Shown in pieces: positions 54,281 to 64,000 of a stretch of DNA of 64,000 nt (positions are counted from its first letter, which is position 1; the number at the start of each line of letters is the position of its first letter). The position numbers were made by a program, and so were the translations under genes. This DNA comes from Antedon mediterranea (taxonomy: Eukaryota; Animalia; Echinodermata), in assembly GCF_964355755.1 (NCBI RefSeq), contig NC_092673.1, positions 26,037,648 to 26,101,647 on the forward strand. Reading direction: 5' to 3'. Below the pieces are notes generated by a model. That model was not told the origin of the DNA, searched no databases, and saw only the letters and a program-made list of their open reading frames with translations.

Positions 54281-55546
54281 ATCTGAGGGTACTTTTAGCA
54301 TAGTTACAATTTCAGGATCTTAGATATAAGTGTTCTTAAAATTTCAAGATTACATAATTCTATGATTCCAAAAACATTACTATACAAACAAACACCACCT
54401 TTTCTGTACATCCCAATGTGTTCTAAAAGATATGGGCTGGGTAGTACAATTGTAGGATATTAAAGAATGTTAAAACTGCTTTGTTTTTGTGTGCAAATGC
54501 ATAGAGTAGCAAACTAGCATTTACCTAATACTGCAACAATTATTGCCGTCATGACACTCTATCTTGCTCTTACAAATTGTAAACAAATTAAAAATACACG
54601 TGATCTATTTTCAGCTATACCTGTCAAGTTTACACATGCTAAATGCAAAATTTACAAGCTGGTAGATTAAATAAAGTGTTAGTATTACAAATTTGATATC
54701 AATATGGTCATCAATGACGTTGGCCATCGGTCAACAGTGTGCATATGGCTCTGAAATATGGACATTACTCAGCAGGTTTTCACCAATACATGTTTCTATT
54801 AGCAATCAACGAGGAATCAAGTTTGAAAGTAATAAACATAGGCTTATCTCACAGTATGTATACATTTACAAGAAAAGAATGAGTGAAAAATAGGCACAAA
54901 CATCTAGAAACCTTTACTGAAAGATGTTGATAAATAAAAACTAATTATATTTAAATTCAAGTTTTTCCATATTAAATTTGTTTTAAACTTTCAGGAAATT
55001 TCCTGAAACCTTTACTGATTCTCACAGGAATCAAAGCATACCTTCCACTTTCTTGTTGAATGATTACTGGGTTTTTTAAAGTTAAATGTCGAAAACATAA
55101 TTACAGTTTGGTAATATATTCATTTCATTGCTTTCTATATCATGTTCAAACCATTGGGAATAAAGTCAATACAAAATTCATAACATTGTGAATAGCAAAT
55201 ATTTGATTTCATGTGATTTGCATACAGTTTTACCTACAACAAACATAAAGTGCGTAATTAATAACACTACAGCCGTGTTTCTACATTACGTCACCGCTTA
55301 TCATCAGTCATGCAATTAACAGTACAGATTTGGTGTGTTGTTAATATTAATAAAATATAACAATTAGTGTCTGAATTGTGCTTTTCTATCATATAGAACA
55401 CATATATGCCTTGTTTTCACAATTCTAGAAATGGACTTATGATAAATGGCAACTACAGTATCTCATTTTGTCATTAGTTAAGTTTAGGATCTAGTCAACA
55501 GAACACCATGTATATTAACTTAATCAAAGTAGAACAATATCTTTAC

Positions 55547-55604
55547 CAGGGAGTTGTAAAATAAGGAGAGATCTCAAAGTCTGTTTCTTTTTTACAACTC
55601 CCTG
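55547..55604. mobile_element. 58-bp minimal hAT-type element with 8-bp TSD
   Basis: ATCTTTAC|CAGGGAGTTGTAAAA ... TTTTACAACTCCCTG|ATCTTTAC: perfect 15-bp TIR and perfect 8-bp direct flank. Confidence 0.9.
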
Positions 55605-55815
55605 ATCTTTACTACCTTCGTCTTGAGAAAGTGGAGATAAAAAACAAGAATTCAATGAATTCAGTATAATTAACAGAGGTTTAGAGTACTGTAAAAGTAT
55701 TTTTTTTTCAGAGGTGATTTTTACTGTCTTGGACCATGAAGCTATAAATGTAATCTTTCAAATGTCTATCTAACTATAAAAAACAAGATTAAGTAAATTT
55801 AAATTAAAAACTTAC

Positions 55816-55909
55816 CCTTTTTTGGAAAAAAACACAACATAAAACATTCTACAAGACAACAACTTGTCAAATAGTTTGTCCAACGACTCTTTTTCTTTTT
55901 CTCCTCCAT
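55816..55909 (-). CDS. KCNIP: Candidate alternative first coding exon: MEEKKKKSRWTNYLTSCCLVECFMLCFFPKK(D), polybasic and Cys-rich
   Basis: aaaATG GAG...AAA AAG G|gtaagt. 31 codons plus 1 nt, phase 1, consensus donor, good Kozak context. CCLV recalls the palmitoylated RCCLVKW of vertebrate KChIP3. Confidence 0.75.
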
Positions 55910-57844
55910 TTTTAAAGAAAATCCAATACAAAAAGTATAGAAAATGTTACACAGACAGTAACTAGATTCTCAAGTTAGTTTTTCATCATATATTTGAAAT
56001 GTTTGATACGTTTCCCCATTAATGAAGATTTATACAATTCATAGCCTTGCATTTTAATTGAAAAATACAGATGTTTTAAAACTATTAAGTGCTAAATGAA
56101 ATTTCAAAAACCAGTTGGTATCAGTGATGATAAATATTCACCTTTAGTAAACAAACCAATTCAGAATTCCATTGATAAAACAAAATCTAGGCACCCTGGT
56201 TTGGAAAATTCCATCAAAGATTTTCCATTAAATTAACCAACATAAACAATTCACTCAAATTGATGCACACGAACAAAAATACCAAAACTGGTGTGAACAA
56301 TAATCCTTAATATGTCTAGCTATTTCCATCTTGTTATGTTTTAAATAGTTTTAATCATATCACGTTCAGCATCCTACATCAAGATACAAATAGTGATTAA
56401 TACAACACTTTGATCAAGGTAAAATCTTCAAGAATGAATCTTCATATCAATTCCAATGCAACTATGGTAACTGTATACAAATTCAAGTTTGAAGGCAATT
56501 ATCTCAAGCAAGAATTAAGTAAAGGTATCAGAACAAAAAAATAAAGAGCGACTTCCAGATTTAGAGATATAAACCTATGGTCCTATTGTCTGCAATATTG
56601 ACTGGTCCATTTATTAAATGGAAAAGTCTAACACAAGAGAAGATCTGTCTGTTTCATCTAAGCTTTTCTGTATAGAATGGCCTTGTGCGCTCAGATAATT
56701 CAAAACATTGGAATAGTCTATTATTCTCAGGGGTAAATTGCACACATGATGAGTAGTTAAATTTTACTACAGGCCAAATATAAATAATAGGATTATTAAT
56801 GTAGATAATATTTCAATATAAAACTAAGAATCACCTTTAAGCTAGGATTATCATTTGTACCAAACTCTTACATGAGAAAGTGAAATATATCTAATAAGCT
56901 GTAACATTACTATAATTAAAAAATCAACACCACTGTATTGAAATTCAATCAGCAAAATACAATAATACATGATTTATAATTTCAACAAGGTGCTAAAATA
57001 TGATTTTATTAGACCAATATTTATTCATCATTTAAAAAACCCAATAAAATAGAATAACATACATATTGTAGCTGTACACAGATAGCTAGCTAAGGTCATT
57101 TACAGTTTTTTATTAAACCTTTATTACCAATTGAATAATATTAAAAAATAAAATTATATACAGTATATCAAACCTAATACTCTCTATGGCTATGTTCAAA
57201 CAAGAAAAAGTTGTTAAAGTTATGGAATATGATAGATATAAAAAAAAGATTAATCCTCTATATACAAACAAAAAATTGCCATGAGAATTGAGAGGAGAAG
57301 CTTAAAGTAATGAAAACTTGAAATAAGAGTTGTTTCTCATAAACAGAATGTGTTGAAAAGACATTTCACAAACAGAAATGTACGAGCTCATATAAAAAAA
57401 AATAGAAATTCAACCAAAGGTCTCTGAGGATGATATAGACAGGAAACGCACACAAGTTTTTTTACAGCATTCTTACAAAACAATAGTTAATAATACTGTA
57501 ATTATTCGATAATGATAGTGAAAACGTGGAGCATACACAAGCTTGAAAGCCATGATTTTGACAAGGGGCAAAAAAACTGAGCAAGGAAGTTAATAAATAC
57601 TTTAACATTTCAGCTTTCTAGTTTAAAAAAAGGCAGTCAGGGGGGATAAAAAGGGTTTGTTTGATTTGCACAACATAGCTTGATTCTAGGACGGTGTGGA
57701 ATTCTAGAAAAATAGGGTAAATATTATCTTACACATTTTTTGTTTTGGATTTATACATATGCAATGATTAGATTTCACACCATTCAACAGCACCACCTAA
57801 AGTGACGGTCACAATCAATTTTGATCAGCTGCTATAAAACCATA

Positions 57845-57967
57845 AAGCTCTGTCTACACTATCAAACAAGTTGACAAAAAAAGTGTGATGTGCCAAAATA
57901 TGGTAGTGATATTCCCAAATATGGTAGTGCTATGACATTATCATGGGCACAGTGTAGTATAGAGCTT
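57845..57967. mobile_element. MITE family A copy (internally deleted), TA-flanked
   Basis: TA|AAGCTCTGTCTACACTATCAAAC ... AGTGTAGTATAGAGCTT|TA. Confidence 0.8.
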
Positions 57968-60945
57968 TAGATTGAACGAGTCTATTTATCTATCTATCTA
58001 TTTTAAATGTAAAATGTGTATCTATAAAATAATAGAGATTTTCCCTATGTGTCAATGGTATAGGCCATGACTAACAAATGTAGGGTATGATCTAAATGTT
58101 AGAACTGTCAAACAATGTCAAGATTTAAACATGGAGTAAACCAATTAACACATTTACTTAATTTCCTGAGTAACAAATGCATTAATGACATTTTCATTTT
58201 TCATCTTTTTAGTACTTAGCAAATTTAAACAAAATAACCACAGCAAATATTACACCTAATCACAAAAATCCAATAAAGTTTGAAATGAAAATTTTACATA
58301 CAATATGACTAAAATGTTTGCCAACTAATATGTATGTAAATCGGTCCACATGGCTACTTCAAGTATGTAAATGTTACATGTTATTTTAGAATTTCTCAAC
58401 CAGCGTTGTTGACAAGTCTTCTTTTGCAATGCGTCGAGAAAGATTTAAGATTCTTTATTGGACCATAAACTGCAAATTTGAATTTCCTTTGGCAATACAT
58501 ATGAAATACATGAAAGCATCATGAAAACATCAAAAGACCAAAAATAAATTGATTAAAATAGATAAAAAGTGTCCTTTAAATACATATGATGATGATTCAA
58601 CTGTTCTGTTTATTATTCATATCAGGTAGCATAATGTAGCTTATAAATTAATTCAATTAAAAATCTAAATAAATATTATGAAATTCCATAAATAATATAG
58701 TAATAAAATGGTAATTATCGCAGCAGGAGAAGCTCACATGATGCAATCCATTTTTAATTGAAACATTTATGACTGCATTATATACAGGTGCAACAATGTA
58801 GTATTGTTATGATTGTTTATTTCCTTTTAAAATCTAGTTTGCCATTCAAAGAATATAGGTTAATGTATTTATTCATATTGAAAATTAATTATTGAAGACT
58901 AAAAGAACATATTGTTGTAGTGGTTAAGAACTGGGAAAAGGAAAGAATAATACAATGAAGAGACGGGGTGAAATGAAAGGGCAAATTTCATGAGTCAGTT
59001 AAGAGGTCTGGATGACGAATAAGTGGGGATAGTCCCACAGCAGGGCGCAATTGCAGACAATCCCATTGACAGTAGGGTGATCTACTGTAAAATTCTTTTC
59101 ATTATTGGGAAAGGGCTAATGTCGGATTATCCTGGTAATTAGGCACAAAATCAATATGGAAAACTAGGGAATGCAATCAAAGAGTGAAAAAATAAATATA
59201 AGTAATACTAAAATGTGAACAGTAGGCAAAAAGGGAAGGAATGAGTTTGAAAACAGCACTGTGCCATTGCAAGATCAAAAAATGTTTGGGAACAAGTACA
59301 GGACAATTCAAAAGCATGCTTTATTTAAAGTAAGAGACAATGAGTCTTGTCCAAAATACACATAAAATAATTTTGTTTCATTTAGGCAAACTAGAGAAGG
59401 CAATGATGAAAATTAATATAATGAGAGTAGTGGAAAAAAAGTTGAAAAGGGATGAAGTGGCTAAGTTAATGTACACACATACACAGTTATAAAATTCAAG
59501 AGTCACCTCTTGCAAATGTGTGTTGATATTTCATCAATTAGACAAACTAAATAGAGAAGTTGCCATTTATAAGCAGTTCTACTGGCAAAAAGAACATGGC
59601 TTAAAAAGGGTGAAAGATTTGGACAAGAATATGAAAGGGACAGAACAAGACTTGACTTGATTAGGAACAAACAAGACAATATCCATTGGAAAGAATATGT
59701 TGAATTAAATCAAAGGAATTCAAATAATGGTATGTAAATGCAGAGAGAAAAGAATTTGACTCTAAATGAAATTAATTTGTTGATTGAACAATTATAGACA
59801 TAAATACTAGTTTAAGAAAGGAGATAAGACATATTTTATGTTACATGGTCGGTAGGGAATTAAACATAAGTTTTTAATATAGGCATTTAAAAGACTGACA
59901 CAAAAAATGGAATAGAAGTTAAGGCCTAATGATAGCCAACATTTTCTGAACAGATGACACCAATAGATAACACAAATATAATTAGGTTTGAAAAATAAAA
60001 TGTCCGTCATTTGCATAATAATACCACAATTTAAATGACAATACAGCTAGACACTTGTACGTGAGAAACGGTATAACATAAAATACACTATATGCGACTT
60101 CACGTGTAACAATGTCCTGTAAACAAATGATTATACCGTTTCCAAGAATAACAAAATACAATGAAAGGGCTTTAAAAAATGATGATCTACCTACAATCCT
60201 AAAGCTGAAACATCAATTCACCACCTGCACACGTATGCAAATTCTATGACAATGACAACATTAATGTTTGCATCAATCTCTCTCAAGTATGTTCCAACAG
60301 AAGTAAATCTATGTCACAAGATAATTTCCTTTCCAAGAAATAAATTATTTTGGACAGAGTTTCACATTTTTCTCAACTGGGCCAAGGTTTAACGCCATTA
60401 CAAATGATTTGACATAACAAATCGACGACGCAGGAAGATAATTGGATTTGTAGGCCTTCGGAAGCTCGCAATTGATTTCTATATTTCATTTAAGTGTCAA
60501 CATCATCATAATTTCTTAATACAAGTCTACTAACCTCAGAAGTGGTCTTAAAGAAAAATATATTTTAGTTTATCTATTTTGAAAGATGCTGCTTCATGAA
60601 TTCTATCAAATTCTACCTATCTACAAATACAAATTTAAATTTGTTTATTGGCTGGCTTAATGTGGACAAGCAACTGCCTATCTGCCTAGTAAACAGGTTG
60701 GTCATAAAATTTTAGAATTAATGGATATACTGAAGGCACATGTTTAGCATACAATTTTATTTTATTTTTTATTTTATTTAATTTTCAGGCAAACATACAT
60801 GACAACACAGCGGTGCAGCACCCTGAGGATTGCCATGAGTGCAAAGCACTATCGAGATGGCTCTCCATATACTGCACTAGAACATATAAGACAAACATAT
60901 ACACAAGATGCTCTACATAGACAAAGACTTATTATTAAGTCTTTG

Positions 60946-61060
60946 GGAGTGGAGTTGTAAATTGTCATGAGAAAAAAACCCTGACATATGACAGGACTTG
61001 AACCCAGGACCCTTAGATTGGTAGCCAAGCATCATAACCACCAAGCCACAGCTCCACTCC
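60946..61060 (-). mobile_element. 115-bp element: tRNA-like Pol III unit enclosed by 13-bp inverted repeats
   Basis: GGAGTGGAGTTGT ... ACAGCTCCACTCC. Minus strand has A box TGGCTTGGTGG, B box GGTTCAAGTCC and a T7 run. Confidence 0.6.
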
Positions 61061-61403
61061 TTATGTTTTCACAAGAAATATGTTTTCACAAGAAAAAATA
61101 CATACAGAAATGAATTAAAAACAACTTTTGATTCAAACTACAATCTGCACATGCAAAAGTAATATATGATCGTATAAGAAAAAGGGAAAAATAATTTTCT
61201 ATCCTGTTTATCACAGAGGGCAGCAGATTAGATACACCATCATATGACAATTCATCTTTAGTCAGAAATTAATACAAAATGAATGGATATTTCTATTATC
61301 ATTACTTATTCAGATCGAAAGCAATCTGTGCTATAATAGTAAATAGCAAAACAAATAACTTCAATGGAAATATATGGTTTCAAAATAAGCACTGTAGAAA
61401 CCT

Positions 61404-63306
61404 GGAAAAAAGGAAAGGAATATGAACCGAGGTAAATAAAGAATTGGAAAAAAGGAAAGGAATATGAACCGAGGTAAATAAAGAATTGGAAAAAAGGAAA
61501 AGAATATGAACCGAGGTAAATAAAGAATTGGAAAAAAGGAAAGGAATATGAACCGAGGTAAATAAAGAATTGGAAAAAAGGAAAGGAATATGAACCGAGG
61601 TAAATAAAGAATTGGAAAAAAGGAAAGGAATATGAACCGAGGTAAATAAAGAATTGGAAAAAAGGAAAGGAATATGAACCGAGGTAAATAAAGAATTGGA
61701 AAAAAGGAAAGGAATATGAACCGAGGTAAATAAAGAATTGGAAAAAAGGAAAGGAATATGAACCGAGGTAAATAAAGAATTGGAAAAAAGGAAAGGAATA
61801 TGAACCGAGGTAAATAAAGAATTGGAAAAAAGAAAAGGAATATGAACCGAGCTAAATAAAGAATTGGAAAAAGGGAAAGGAATATGAACCGAAGTAAATA
61901 AAGAATTGGAAAAAAGGAAAGGAATATGAACCGAGGTAAATAAAGAATTGGATAAAAGGAAAGGAATATGAACCGAGGTAAATAAAGAATTGGAAAAAAG
62001 GAAAGGAATATGAACCGAGGTAAATAAAGAATTGGAAAAAAGGAAAGGAATATGAACCGAGGTAAATAAAAAATTGGAAAAAAGGAAAGGAATATGAACC
62101 GAGGTAAATAAAGAATTGGAAAAAAGGAAAGGAATATGAACCAAGGTAAATAAAGAATTGGAAAAAAGGAAAGGAATATGAACCGAGGTAAATAAAGAAT
62201 TGGAAAAAAGGAAAGGAATATGAACCGAGGTAAATAAAGAATTGGAAAAAAGGAAAGGAATATGAACCGAGGTAAATAAAGAATTGGTAAAAATGAAAGG
62301 AATATGAACCGAGGTAAATAATGAATTGGAAAAAAGGAAAGGAATATGAACCGAGGTAAATAAAGAATTGGAAAAAAGGAAAGGAATATGAACCGAGGGA
62401 AATAAAGAATTGGAAAAAAGGAAAGGAATATGAACCAAGGTAAATAAAGAATTGGAAAAAAGGAAAGGAATATGAACCGAGGTAAATAAAGAATTGGAAA
62501 AAAGGAAAGGAATATGAACCGAGGTAAATAAAGAATTGGAAAAAAGGAAAGGAATATGAACCGAGGTAAATAAAGAATTGGAAAAAAGGAAAGGAATATG
62601 AACCGAGGTAAATAAAGAATTGGAAAAAAGGAAAGGAATATGAACCAAGGTAAATAAAGAATTGGAAAAAAGGAAAGGAATATGAACCGAGGTAAATAAA
62701 GAATTGGAAAAAAGAAAAGGAATATGAACCGAGCTAAATAAAGAATTGGAAAAAGGGAAAGGAATATGAACCGAAGTAAATAAAGAATTGGAAAAAAGGA
62801 AAGGAATATGAACCGAGGTAAATAAAGAATTGGATAAAAGGAAAGGAATATGAACCGAGGTAAATAAAGAATTGGAAAAAAGGAAAGGAATATGAACCGA
62901 GGTAAATAAAGAATTGGAAAAAAGGAAAGGAATATGAACCGAGGTAAATAAAAAATTGGAAAAAAGGAAAGGAATATGAACCGAGGTAAATAAAGAATTG
63001 GAAAAAAGGAAAGGAATATGAACCAAGGTAAATAAAGAATTGGAAAAAAGGAAAGGAATATGAACCGAGGTAAATAAAGAATTGGAAAAAAGGAAAGGAA
63101 TATGAACCGAGGTAAATAAAGAATTGGAAAAAAGGAAAGGAATATGAACCGAGGTAAATAAAGAATTGGTAAAAATGAAAGGAATATGAACCGAGGTAAA
63201 TAATGAATTGGAAAAAAGGAAAGGAATATGAACCGAGGTAAATAAAGAATTGGAAAAAAGGAAAGGAATATGAACCGAGGGAAATAAAGAATTGGAAAAA
63301 AAGGAA
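61404..63306. repeat. 42-bp purine-rich satellite, about 45 copies, with an internal block duplication
   Basis: Unit GGAAAAAAGGAAAGGAATATGAACCGAGGTAAATAAAGAATT. Confidence 0.98.
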
Positions 63307-64000
63307 CATTCAAGATTAATGGTAGCTAGGCATACAGAAGTTTGTGCAATCTGTACAATTGACAGCTGTAATATAATTTTGAGTAACATGTATCAACAAC
63401 TTAACTTATAAAAATGTCACAAATTTTACTATTCATAAGATAACAGTTTAATGTTCTTCCTTATTAAAGAAATCTACTATACTGCCCTCAACAAAATAAA
63501 AAAGTTTGAATAACTGTAGAAGGCAGTTATGCAGCTTCTGAGAGCTGTGATAATTTCTAAAATAGCCAATAGAAATAGCTTGTATTGATATAAATGTTAA
63601 TAAAAAAGCAATCAATCAAAGCAGATATTACGAACAGAATGTCACCTTTAATTATAAACCAAAAAAAATCTTTGACATTTTAAAAAATGTTTTTATTGAT
63701 TAAGTAAATAATTGTTTAAATTTACTTTTATTAACTGTAATATTGTCAATCAGTCGTTTCTTAACTAAAAATTAATATTTATGGACATACTTTGTAGTAC
63801 ATGTATGGCTCCACGTCACAATCATTAGGTTTGCAGTGTTACCCAAGAAATGTTGAGATATAGGTCTATTTTTCACACATTAATATACAAACAACGAATG
63901 TTTATGAGTTATAGGGTAGAAAATGTTCATGCAATTGAAACTTAACTGAATAAAGGAGGTGGAATCAAATAAAATGTATTATTCTTAAGTACATTTTTAT

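Noticed and set aside
61361-63389. 650-, 669- and 191-aa ORFs on the minus strand
   Set aside because: Products of a 42-bp (multiple of 3) pyrimidine-rich repeat that lacks stops in overlapping frames. The peptides are 14-aa repeats with no domain.

Overview
AT-rich eukaryotic (metazoan, probably invertebrate) genomic DNA. No ORF-track entry is a complete gene. The window is mostly introns of one minus-strand gene for a Kv-channel-interacting protein (KChIP/KCNIP, neuronal calcium sensor family). I recovered five consecutive GT-AG core exons by hand (125, 70, 71, 108 and 105 nt; 27495 to 1879). They splice in frame to [161 protein letters not shown] could not find the EF4/stop exons, which probably lie left of the window. 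Upstream (32-56 kb) are several tiny ATG-initiated, phase-1 candidate alternative first exons, each able to splice to the core. They would give different N-termini: myristoylation type (MGIKLSIRK), di-Cys palmitoylation types (MFLFRWCCQWNK; MEEKKKKSRWTNYLTSCCLVECFMLCFFPKK) and an anchor-less one (MNVSDFDP). EF-hand 2 has Glu at loop position 12, whereas vertebrate KChIPs have Asp. The introns hold at least 8 tandem arrays, several MITE families (TTAA/Kolobok-like, TA-flanked, a 58-bp hAT with 8-bp TSD), Deu/Nin- and CORE-type SINEs, a 5S rRNA-derived chimeric element, Penelope-like (TA)n-associated fragments with minimal hammerhead motifs, and a 46-bp perfect-arm hairpin element. All calls come from reading the sequence by eye; no searches were run.
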